Shown: positions 1 to 10,329 of the stretch, one piece after another
Numbering within the stretch: the stretch's first letter is position 1
Layout: each line of letters begins with the position of its first letter
From: an uncultured Planctomycetota bacterium
GTDB lineage: Bacteria > Planctomycetota > Planctomycetia > Isosphaerales > Isosphaeraceae
DNA length: 64,000 nt
NCBI GenBank assembly: GCA_963823665.1
Contig: CAWGMQ010000007.1
Coordinates: 576,001-640,000 of the forward strand
Reading direction: 5' to 3'
Notes under the pieces: model-generated
The model's database searches: none
Told to the model about the DNA's origin: nothing
Seen by the model: the letters and a program-made list of their open reading frames with translations, nothing else
Translations under genes and position numbers: made by a program

Positions 1-16
1 CCTCGCCTCGCTCACA

Positions 17-868
17 TTGCAACTCACTCCCTACCACTTCATCAGGGGGAAAGATGGCAAGCGGCAGTTTCTAAGCCCGGAACGCGGGCAGATACTGGTC
101 GCCGCCTTGAGAGCGAAAGTCCCGCTGAAACTCATCGCGAAATCTGGAGGCACCTTCGAGTGGGCCGACTTGAGCGGGCAAGTCCTCGACTTGCTCGAAT
201 GCGAGGGTCTGTCTTTTAACAATGCGGATTTCACCGAATCGAGCGTCACACACGCGACGTTCAAGAAGTGCCAGTTTTTGAATGCCGTCGTCGATCACAC
301 AGACTTCAAAGAGTCGAGATTTTACTGGTGCGCATTCTTTATTGAGAAGCAAAACCTTGATGCGACGAAAGCTACGTTCCGCGAATGTGATTTTCTAAGT
401 ATGAACACGTCTGCTCAAAAAAGCATGCCATTCGCAGCTTATGATCGTGACAGACCAAGGTCCTCCTATGTTAGTGATATCCCCTTTGAGTCGTGCACTT
501 TCTGGCTCTCCAAAGAGTTTCATATCAGCGAATTCGATGCTTTCATTTTCCGTTTGTGCAAATTCAACGAAATTAAGGCTGTTAGTCCGAATGAGCTTGA
601 TCTTTCAGAATTCGGGCGTTGGCGACGCACGGTTTCCTCGCTCCCGATTCCTACGCCTGATCCACGCCAACCCAGATACGACCTATTGAAAAAAACTCCA
701 CTGAGTGATTTGGGGAAGCCAGACATCCACCGTTCGCTTCGGGAAGCCAGACATCCTCCGTTCGCTTCGAGTAAAACGTGTGTGCTTTCGACTTTTTTCC
801 CAACATGCTTGACAACCGCCGCCGTGTTGGTATTTTGTCCATTACTGTTCGCGTGGATATGCAACTGA
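17..868 (+). CDS. Pentapeptide-repeat-like protein; start uncertain, C-terminal part probably degenerate
   Basis: 5-residue periodicity in ADLSG-QVLDL-LECEG-LSFNN-ADFTE-SSVTH-ATFKK-CQFLN-AVVDH-TDFKE-SRFYW; lower GC than neighbours. Confidence 0.55.
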   Translation: MQLTPYHFIRGKDGKRQFLSPERGQILVAALRAKVPLKLIAKSGGTFEWADLSGQVLDLLECEGLSFNNADFTESSVTHATFKKCQFLNAVVDHTDFKESRFYWCAFFIEKQNLDATKATFRECDFLSMNTSAQKSMPFAAYDRDRPRSSYVSDIPFESCTFWLSKEFHISEFDAFIFRLCKFNEIKAVSPNELDLSEFGRWRRTVSSLPIPTPDPRQPRYDLLKKTPLSDLGKPDIHRSLREARHPPFASSKTCVLSTFFPTCLTTAAVLVFCPLLFAWICN

Positions 869-902
869 CCCACTCCACAGTCCCTGGTGATGGAGCATTA
901 AC

Positions 903-1100
903 GTGCCCGCCTGCGCTCGCCGCGACGTCGTCGATCGTATCCTGGACCGGTTCGGTGTGGATCGATCGAACTGGGTACAAACGGTGCGCGAGTTTGGTCG
1001 CATGTTCAAGCGGGCGGCAGGTCGAGCGAATTCGCTGACGGACGCCGCGCCGCTCGCGGCGCTGGTTTCAGGGGAAGGCGGCCGCGCAAGCTGCGTTTCT
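903..1100 (+). pseudogene. C-terminal remnant of a long-type REP-associated tyrosine (Y1/RAYT-like) transposase
   Basis: ILDRFGVDRSNWVQTVREFGRMFKRAAGRANSL resembles, from recall, the C-terminal tail of long RAYT-like transposases; no HUH/Tyr catalytic part present. Confidence 0.5.
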
Positions 1101-1473
1101 GTACGTGAGCCGCTCGCTTACTCGTGCGTCCTGGTCATTGTGGCCGACGCACGGCTCGATTGACTTTAGTCCAGCTAGCGTCGTTGCCGTGGCTGGCGCG
1201 GTAATCGACGAGGTAGTGCTGTCCATATTGGGCGGTTACCAGCAACCGACGGTGCAAGGGCCGGCGACGATGCGCACTGGATTGTTCTAAACACCGACGA
1301 CGGTGTGGAGACCGTGCATCTGCGCGAGCGCCGGTGGCGATGTGAGCAGGATCGTTCAGCGTGCTCGGGCGCGTATGGCGCGCGGCATCGGCCGTGACGG
1401 TACAGCAGGCGCGGAACTCGGACCGCTGCGCGGGTGACGGGCGCCTCGCATCCGAATAGACTGAGTCCAGAGG

Positions 1474-1878
1474 GTGGCTGTCTGGCTTCCCAGCGAGCTG
1501 GCCCTCGACCTGGGCGTTCTCGGCAGCACTCTGAGCCGCGAGCATCGTAATACGGACGCACTCGAGGCCATGCAGGAGGCTCGCCAGGTCCTGGACGCCA
1601 TTGTCCAGCCCACCTTCGCGGATCTGTACAACCTCGCGCGTGTCTGCGCCAGTCTCACGACCCTGGTTGAGACAGGACGAGGGAGGCCGACCTTCGCCGA
1701 GCGTGAGGCCTTGGCGCGTGAAGGGGTGGAAGCGCTCAGGCGATCCCTGGCGGCCGGCATGTCCTATTTCGGCCCAATGGATCGCGACCAATGGCTCGAT
1801 CCGTTGCGTAATCGACCTGATTTCCGCGCCTTGATGCTTGACAGAGGCTTCCCCCGCGACCCGTTCGCTCACCCGTGA
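1474..1878 (+). pseudogene. C-terminal TPR fragment of a planctomycete Ser/Thr kinase
   Basis: LYNLARVCA...EALRRSLAAG...LDPLRNRPDFRALMLDRGFPRDPFA is the typical kinase-TPR tail; no kinase domain upstream. Confidence 0.65.
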
Positions 1879-1934
1879 CCATTAAAGCAGCGTTGGGATT
1901 CCGCGAACTCGGGTAGAAAAGAGGCAGCACGCGA

Positions 1935-4900
1935 ATGACGCGAGACGACGAACGCCCGCCAGTGAATGACCTCTTCGCTCCGAGAGCCGATCCAACCGCC
2001 GAGCGCGTGGAGGCGCTGTTTCAGCAGGCGGCCGAGCTGGATCCAGCGCAACGTGGGGCATTCCTGGAGCAGCAGTGCGCAGGCGACGGCGAGCTACGCG
2101 CCGCTGTGGAGGATCTTCTCCGATTCGACGCGGAGGTCGAAAGCGACCCTGACTTCTTGCCCAGCCCGGTGGCCCCCGCCCGCGCCACATTTCCGATTGC
2201 AGCGGAGCCCGGGCTGCCGGCTTTCATCGGCCGCTACCGCATCTTGAGGCGACACGGCGAAGGTGGCATGGGGACCGTTTACGAGGCCGAACAGGACCAC
2301 CCGCGCCGCACCGTTGCTCTCAAGGTGATTCGCGCGGGAGGCGCAACAGCCGAGCTGCTCAGCCGCTTCCGACACGAAGCAGAAATCCTGGCGCGGCTGC
2401 AGCATCCCGGTATCGCGCAGGTGTACGAAGCGGGCATCGGTGTGGACGGCCGGCCCTTCTTCGCCATGGAGTTCATTCGCGGTATGACGATGGACGAGCA
2501 CGCGCGAAATCGCGGACTGGACCCTCGAGCGCGCCTGGAGCTGCTGGCGAAGGTGTGCGACGCGATGCAGCACGCTCATGACAAGGGTGTCATTCATCGC
2601 GACTTGAAGCCGGGCAACATCCTTGTGGATGACTCCGGCCAGCCAAAGGTGCTCGACTTCGGCGTGGCCCATATCACCGCGGCCGAACTGTTCTCCACCG
2701 CGGGGCGAACCCAGGCCGGTCAACTGCTGGGCACGCTTACTTACATGAGTCCCGAACAGATCGCCGCCGACCCGGCCGGGCTCGACAGACGTTCGGACGT
2801 GTATACTCTCGGCGTCATTCTCTTTGAACTTTTGGCGCAACGGCTGCCATACCAGCTCGATCAGCTTCCGGGGCACGAGGTCGCGCGGGTAATCCAGGAG
2901 CAGGAACCGTCTCGACTGGGCTCGATCAACGCGCTTTACCGCGGCGACGTCGAGATCATCGTGGCGAAAGCGCTCGAGAAAGCCAAGACGAGGCGCTACG
3001 CTTCCGCGGGGGACCTGGCGTCGGACATCAGGCGCGACTGCGCGGGGAGGCGATTCAGGCGCGGCCTGCCTCGGCGCTGTATCAAATACGCAAATTCACG
3101 CGGCGACACAAAGCGCTGGTGGCCGCGGCGGCGGGCATTTTCGCGGCGCTCGTCGTGGGAACGGCCGTTTCCATTCTTTTTGCGTTGCGCGCCGCAGCGA
3201 ACGCTCGCGTGGCGGACGAAAACGCTCGCGTGGCGAAGGAACGGGAGCGAGCCGCCACGTACGAGAGCTACCGTGCCCGGATCGCGGCTGCGGTTGCCGC
3301 GATTTCGCGTCACGACGTTGCCGATGCCGCCAGCCAGTTGGGCGCGGCACCGGAGGCTTTGCGCGACTGGGAATGGCGACACTTGCACGCGCGGCTCGAT
3401 GACAGCATCGCCATCTTCCCGGCCAGCGCCGGCGAAGCTCAATTCCTGATCGGCGACCAGAAGGGCATCCGGATCGCTCAGTTAGCGCGTGAGAGTCTGC
3501 GCCTGGGCGACCTCGATGGGAAGGAACTCTGGGAGCGATCCTTTCCATCTGAGGCGAATGTACTCGATCATCCCCCGCTGCTGACGCGGCAGGGACTGCG
3601 GCTTTTCGCCGACGGCCGGGAGACTGGTGCTGCCACGGTCGGTCTGCCGAAGGATGTGCCACAGAACACAGGCATGCTGAACGTCCTTGACGACCTGGGG
3701 CGTGTCCAAACGCAACTGAGGGGGCCCGGAGTAACGCACACCGAACTGATGGCGGTGAGTGCGGACGGTTCGCGGCTGGCGGTTGTGTGGCAAGGCCCGA
3801 AGCAGTGGATATTCACGGTGTACGATGCCGAATCTGGCAAACCAGTGGCGACCTCGGCCCAGGACATCGCCAGCACCTGGGCCCTTGCCTTCAGTCCGGA
3901 CGGCACGCGCCTCGCGACTGGCGGCGAGGATGGCGTGACACGTCTCTGGGATACTTCAACCGGTATGATGACCATCCTCTGTGAAGGGCACACTCGCAAG
4001 GTGTTCAGCGTGGCGTTCAGACCGGATGGCCTGCGCCTTGTGACGAGCTCGGCGGATGGAACCGTACGCCAGTGGGATTCCGCGACCGGCCGGGAGGTAC
4101 TTGCGCCCTACGATCGTCACACCGGTGAAGTCCTGACGGCGAAGTTTAGCTCCGATGGGGAGTTGATCGCCTCCGCAGGCACGGACCGGACTGTCCGGGT
4201 ATGGCGCGCGTCGAACCGCCAGGACCAGGGTGTTCTGCAGGGCCACATCGGTGACATCAGCGATCTGGCATTTGTTGGGGACGGCCATCGGCTGGCTTCA
4301 GTGAGCTACGCGCCCCGTCGCGGCAGCGTGGCGCACCATGACGGCACGGTGCGGCTGTGGGAGGTCGGGAGTCAAGGAGCGGCGTCGGTGCTGCGCGGCC
4401 ACAAGCTCTACGTCTATCCGGTCGCGTACAGCCCGGACGGACAATGGATTGCTTCGGGCGATTGGGACAACAAGGTGTTTTTGTGGGACGCACTCACCAT
4501 GGAGCACATCGCGAGCTTGCCTCATTCCGGGAATATCCGCGCGCTGGCCTTTAGCCCGGACAGCTCGTGGTTGGTTGCCGGAACCGCGATGGACGATTCG
4601 CTCTCCATCTGGGACGTAACGACCGCCCGGCGCCGGAACAAGCTCAAGGGCCCCGGCGGCGACGTGGTTCAGGCAATCGCGGTGAGCCCGGATGGAGCCC
4701 ACATCGCCGCTGCTGATTCCGTTGGAGCCGTCAGCATCATGGAAGCCGCGACGGGCGCGGTTGTCGATTCCTTTCGAATGGTCGGGAGCGCTTCAATCGC
4801 GAAGAAGTCGCTAGCCTACAGCCCAAACGGACGACTCCTGGCAGGTACCGGTGAAGACGGCACGCAGATTGACATCCGAGACACGCAGACGCGGCGTCGG

Positions 4901-5470
4901 TCAGGGCGTTTGACGGGTCATACGGACGCGATTAGCTCCGTTTCGTTCAGCGGCGATGGGCTGCTGCTGGCCTCCGCGAGCGCGGATCGCACGGTCCGCA
5001 TCTGGGAGGTGGCGTCGTCGAAATGCGTCGCCGTGCTGACCGGGCACACCGACGCGGTCTTCTCGGCGGTGTTCCATCCGGACGGCAAGCGGCTGGCGTC
5101 TGCCGGCCGCGACCGGTCGATCTGGCTCTGGGACCTGGCGAGCGGACAGGAAGTGGCGCGCCTCGAGGGACACGCGAACTACGTCTTCTCACTGGCGTTC
5201 AGCCCCGACGGCACGAGCCTGGCATCCGGCTCCGGCGACGGTACGGTCCGGATATGGGACACCGAGTCGCCGGCGCTGCGATATCAGGCCCGCCGAGAGG
5301 CGGAGGCTATGCGGCCCGAGGCGGAGCGGTTGGTTGCACGCCTCTTCTCCGAGCTGCATGAGCCGGAGCTGGTTGTTGGCCGTTTGCGGGGGGATACCGG
5401 GCTGAGCGACCTGATGCGGCACATGGCGATGCGGGAGGTCATGCGGCGGGGGCAGGAGGCGGCGCCGTAG
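1935..5470 (+). CDS. Ser/Thr protein kinase with C-terminal WD40 repeats; one frameshift near 3037
   Basis: GEGGMGTVY, VALK, HRDLKPGN, DFG, YMSPEQ in ORF 1935..3449; many GH...WD repeats in ORF 3119..5470; the shifted frame reads LRGEAIQARPASALYQIRKF across the junction. Confidence 0.9.
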
Positions 5471-5861
5471 CGGCACCGGCTCGGGGAGCCGTTTTCGGAT
5501 CGGCAGCGTTCGCGGGATTTACCGGACGAAGGGGTTGGGGAGGATTGTGGTGGTGGTGTTCGTTTCTGGGCGTCTCTCCATCAAGGCGCTCCAGTTCGAT
5601 TGGGATCATTCGTAGACGAACATCACGAAGCATTCCCTTTCCCAACCGCGCACCAATCCTCTGTTGCTTATATCGACTCGCGAAAGCGGCTAGTTCAGAC
5701 GCGGCGGCTACACGCTCCCACCACTTTTCTCTAAACCTCCCGAACCGTGCCGCTCCCGCCGGCGTAAAAACGGCATTGCTCCCGCCGATCATTCCGCGGC
5801 GAATCACGCCCGATGCCCAATCGACGGCTCGAAATCGCTGCCCACGGAAGGACCTTGGATC

Positions 5862-6950
5862 ATGGATCCGCGTGATCGTAAAGCTCGTTCAACTCGGCAT
5901 CATTGCCATATTGCTCACCTTGAAGATCTCGAAGCACGTCGCCTTCCGAGCGTCTTCACTCCATTTTCGTCATCGGTTTTCGGCTCGTCGTCATCGAGCC
6001 AGTACTCGGCGCAGGTTGCGCTCGTTCGCCATGAATACGACACATACGTCGGCGCTGTGAGAACGCTCGAGTTCAAGTCGCAGGCGACGCCCCAGGAATT
6101 CCAGGCTCTTCGCAACGATGCCCGCGAAATCTCCGCGGCGGCCTCCGCCACCAAGCTACCGCTCGAAGTGGCACGGACCGAGGCCGTCGCCGTTTCGCTC
6201 CAGCTCGACCGGTCGCCGTTGTACGGCTGGGCGGGCGACTCGGCATGGTCGGAGTATAGGGCGCGGCTCGAGGCAAGTCTTGATAGCCTTGGCGTCGACG
6301 AGTCGTTGATCGACAAGACGCTCGCCGACACCAAAGCCATCGCGGTCTCGGCCGGCGTGAGCTTCAGCGAGTTTCAGACGTTCACGAATTCGTTCAGCAC
6401 GCTTCAGGCCGGCGAGAAGTCGCTTCCATACAGCACCTACTACAACTTTGAAGACCCCGAGCTGTTTTACACGCAGCATCTTCGCGGCTTTTTCCGCGGC
6501 TGGGGAATGCAAAAAAAGACGGCCGAGGCGCAGGTCAAGGATCTGCTCTTCACCATCAAGACCGCGAATCAACTCGCGCCGTCTCAGTCTGCCGTGCTGC
6601 ACCGCGATGTCCGGCTGCTGGAGAATCTTGGCGCCACGCTCCCGAGCACCTCGCTCGAGCAGCTTTACTCAAGCTACGTCGCCACATTTCAAGGTGGCGT
6701 GCCAATCCCGGCGACTCAGGCGCAGCTCCGCGAAAGCCTCTTGGCGGCTCTCGGCCCGGCAGCGGGCGCGCACCCGATCGGCTGGGTGAACAAGCTTGTC
6801 GCCGACGCACCTTCGTTCTACCGCGCAGTGGGGTCGTCGACATCAACCGTCCAAAACATCACGGGCGCCGTGACCGTTCTCGTCGACACAGGAGGTGGCG
6901 AGTCGCTGAATCCGTTCAAAGTGACGATCCGGCAGCGCTTGAAGTCGTAA
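5862..6950 (+). CDS. Hypothetical secreted protein with planctomycete LExRxL N-terminal motif
   Basis: Basic N-terminus followed by LEDLEARRLPS; 362 aa open frame. Confidence 0.75.
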   Translation: MDPRDRKARSTRHHCHIAHLEDLEARRLPSVFTPFSSSVFGSSSSSQYSAQVALVRHEYDTYVGAVRTLEFKSQATPQEFQALRNDAREISAAASATKLPLEVARTEAVAVSLQLDRSPLYGWAGDSAWSEYRARLEASLDSLGVDESLIDKTLADTKAIAVSAGVSFSEFQTFTNSFSTLQAGEKSLPYSTYYNFEDPELFYTQHLRGFFRGWGMQKKTAEAQVKDLLFTIKTANQLAPSQSAVLHRDVRLLENLGATLPSTSLEQLYSSYVATFQGGVPIPATQAQLRESLLAALGPAAGAHPIGWVNKLVADAPSFYRAVGSSTSTVQNITGAVTVLVDTGGGESLNPFKVTIRQRLKS

Positions 6951-7160
6951 GGGGGCTTGTCCGGCCGTCGCGGTCTCCGAACGCGTCCCCCCCCAAAGTG
7001 CCGTCATGCCGTCAGCACCTTACTGGGATTGGACTTACGTCTGACGGCAGCTTTTTGGTCCAGGGACGCCAATCGACACATCTCCTTTCGTTCATGACAT
7101 TTACGCCTGACGGCACCTCTGACGGCCCCCGCCATTTTCCCGGGGCCCGCAGCCGTTTCG

Positions 7161-7895
7161 TCAAACCCGAACGGTCCTGACGGCCTTATTGTCGCCCTTC
7201 GCTCCGGATAAAGCCGACCTCTCGTCCCTCCCGCGCCCACAGGCGCGAAACCCACCTACTGGACGAACCGGACGGGTATCGCCGCCTCGATGGGGCGGGT
7301 CGGAGGTCCGGCCACCTTGTGTAGATGAAGTTAATAACGCGCTTGATCTTCGTTCCGCGAAGGTACTGGACGGGCCCATCACTTCCGGAACGGACCCGTC
7401 GGTGATGATCGCCACCAATTTGGTCTGCCGCCAGTCGAGCGACTCAATCGGCTCGTCCTCATCCAGAATACGCCACATCCCGCCCCCGCTGATTCCATGC
7501 GTTTGGTCTAAGTCGAGTTTGTCCCCGGCGCCATCGGGTTGGTCCAGGCGATTGATGTCCAGCACGAGGTGATCCGCCGGGCTGATGTCCGGAGCGGGAT
7601 TGCGCTTCATATCATATAGCCCTGCAAAATAAGGTAGGACCTGTGCGACGATGGTCTGGTCCATCTCGTCCTTCTCTGCCCGAAACTCCGGGTATCCGAG
7701 CACCAGGTACTGGCCATCCTTGAGCTTGTCCGGATCGAGTTCCAGCTCGTGTAGCGTCACGAACCGCATGAAGACCGATAAGCGGTCGGCGATGTCTGGT
7801 CTCAATTCGAAAACCGCCAGGTCCCACAGATCATCCTCGCGATGCGGATCGCTTCGTTTCTTCGATCGGCAGTACTTCACGGTTATCATAGGGAT
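7161..7895 (-). pseudogene. Trypsin-like serine protease domain protein, 5'-truncated by IS insertion
   Basis: DLAVFEL (catalytic Asp), VLGYP and HGISGGG (catalytic Ser) motifs; the His-containing N-terminus is missing and the IS end lies at 7896; probable frameshift near 7370. Confidence 0.6.
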
Positions 7896-9803
7896 GACGC
7901 TGCCGACAGAATGCCGCCTGTGAATTGTCAGTGATGCACGCTCAAGCGGCCCAACAGCCTCCAAGATCAACCGAACAGCCGTGAGAACCGCGGAAAATCA
8001 TCTGAAAACCGTCCCACAGCCTCAGAACGAGCGCAGAGTCGCCCAGTTGGCCCAGATTCAGCTCCTTTCAGCGTCTGGGCCACTTCGCGGCTCACCCACG
8101 CGCGCAGCTTCTTCGACGCTGCCGCCCGTAGCACGTTCCAGCCCGCCACTTTGTGCAGGATCACACGGAACACACTCCCGCGGCCTCGCACTCGCAGACG
8201 TTCCAACCTCAGCCGATTCTTCAAGCCGCTATTGGTCGACTCGATGCCCGAGCGCATCCTGTACCGCTCCGCGAATACCGGTGTCTCTTGTTCCCGGCGA
8301 CGCCCAGCCATCCGATGATCCTTGTCACTGAAATCCAGCTCGTAGCGACCATCCCGCGTTTGGTGGATCGGGCACGACGTGCGGAACGGGCATCCTTCGC
8401 ACGCTGCCGCCGCCATCTGGATTCGCGTCGTGCCTACTTCTTCGTTCCGCTCGACCACAAGCGGCATGTGCCCTTGCGGACAGGCTTCCACCCGCCCGGT
8501 CCGTTCATCCACCGCGAAGTCGTCCAGCGTCAGCGCCCAGGGTCGCTTGCCGGCTCCCGACCGGGGATCGGTCCGACCAGCTCCACGCCGCGGTCCTCGG
8601 CCGCTTGTACGTTCTCGTCGCCGCAGTAGAGCGTGTCAGCCAGCATCTCCTCGGGCAACAACTTCGAGTCTTCGAGTTGATCGAGCATCGGCACCACCGC
8701 CGTGCCGTCGTGCTCCGCGGCACCCTGCGGCAGAGCGCCTGTGATCAACTGCACCTCGTTCTCAGAGCTGCACGTCTCGGTGATCTGCACCTGATAGCCC
8801 TTACCTTTGTGGGCGTCGTAGCCGGCGCTGAGGTCGGACGGGTTCTGAACGCAGTCACCGCCGGTCTTGGCCTTCACGACAACTTTGCCCTCACTCAGTT
8901 CGCACTGCTGGCTGAAGATCGTGACTAGGGCCTTGTAGCTCGACCGGGCCGTCATGTCGGGACAATTGGCGAAGTGGTCGATGATCCAGCACAAGTCCTC
9001 GGCTGCTTGCTGCCGCGACCGCTGTCGAGCCTCGGCATCCTTGGCGGCGGCGAACAACTGCGATTCTGCCGGTTCGTAGCGCCGCAGAACTCCGCGGGCA
9101 ACGCGGCGTACCGCTCAGGGGCATGCCGGATCACCTGGGTCAGGAACCGCTTGATTGCCACGGCCATCAGCTTGGTGCGACCAAAGCTGGCCATGTGAGA
9201 AAAGACGTGGGTCGAGTCGAGCCGCTGGCGGGAGATGTCGAGTTCGAGCTTTTCCGCCAGTCCAATCGTCACGTCGTGGAAGACCTGAGCGGCCAGTTCG
9301 TTCTCGCGAAAGAGCTTTTGGTAACGCTCGACCGTGCGCGACGACACTTCAACGCCGGGCTCCAAGTTAAGGGCGTATTGGACGTCGCTGCGGAAGATGT
9401 AAGCCTCGGCGGCCTCTTGGGCGGTCCAGTCGAAGAAGTCGGTCATGAAGACCAAGCCGGCCATCGAGTACAGTTCCTTGGTGGGGGCTCCCAGTTCCCG
9501 GCTGAAATGCTGGGCCAGTTGACCTACGGGCATCAGTTTGAGGAGGACGTGTCGAAAGACTCCCTGCCAGCCCGAGCTGATGATCCGTTGACCGGCGGGA
9601 GGTATGACGCCCTCGAAGGGGTCGAACAGGCGGTTTTGCCGCGGGTCAACGATGTGGATCATGGCGGGCGCAACTCCTTTCGCAGGGGATACTTGAATGT
9701 AGAGGTGCGCCTCGCTAGAGTCAAGGGAGAAATGGACATAAACTCAAATTTTACATTAACTTGCGCAGAAAACTAAACTCGACGAACTTTTGTCGGAGAC
9801 GTC
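7896..9803 (-). mobile_element. IS1182/IS5-like insertion sequence
   Basis: DDE transposase inside; imperfect terminal inverted repeats GACGCTGCCGACAGAAT (7896) and CTTTTGTCGGAGACGTC (ending 9803); no target duplication visible. Confidence 0.7.
7967..9662 (-). CDS. IS1182/IS5-like DDE transposase in three frameshifted pieces (8952..9662, 8530..9057, 7967..8512)
   Basis: QRLDSTHV, KGKGYQVQITET, LADTLY, Cys motif CEGCPFRTSC, YRMRSGIESTNSGLK. Confidence 0.85.
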
Positions 9804-9979
9804 AGTTGTGGATCTGGCTGGGTTGAAGGCCGAACTCATCGGCCAAGTTGGAAACAGGCTCTTTGCCACTGATATGGCGACGGACGATTTGAGCCTTTTG
9901 CGGCGCTGAGAAATGCCGGCGCGACTGTCTCATGGAACTCACCTCCGATAGGGTTAATTATAACCCAACCGGCGCGACA
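9804..9979 (-). mobile_element. IS3-family left-end remnant with truncated OrfA
   Basis: Minus strand begins TGTCGCGCCGG; GGAGG RBS; ATG at 9933 gives MRQSRRHFSAPQKAQIVRRHISGKEPVSNLADEFGLQPSQIHN (HTH_Tnp_1-like), cut by the IS end at 9803. Confidence 0.75.
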
Positions 9980-10020
9980 TTCTATTTTCAGGTGAGGCAG
10001 GACATGCAATCCAGTGCAAA

Positions 10021-10281
10021 AAGAAAAGGGGGTTCGGTGCGTGATGAAATTCCCGCCAGTTTTGAGCTGTGCCGAGCGTGGGACGGGTCTGGAACATGGG
10101 GAGCGTGAGTTCTCACCCGTCGGGGGAAGGGAACACGGAGCGGGACGGTGGCGTTATACTCTTTGTGCCTCAAGATTTACGTACTGCTTCAGGGTGCTTC
10201 GGCGAGCGATCGGACGGGGGTCCAAGACATCGAGGAAGATGAGACTTTTTCAGGCTCTGGAGTCCCATTTAGTCCCATTTA
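10021..10281 (-). repeat. Dispersed ~265 bp non-coding repeat, copy A (inverted relative to 49697..49965)
   Basis: Exact 21-mer 10073..10093 = reverse complement of 49896..49916; exact 15-mer 10151..10165 = reverse complement of 49823..49837; colinear similarity throughout. Confidence 0.85.
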
Positions 10282-10329
10282 ACGGGTCGAGCCGCGTACG
10301 GCCCCCTCACGGCCCGTGAACTTGGGTCG

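Noticed and set aside
1897..1909. GGATTCCGCGAAC, reverse complement of a 13-mer in the tmRNA-ended module
   Set aside because: Too short, and the flanks do not extend convincingly
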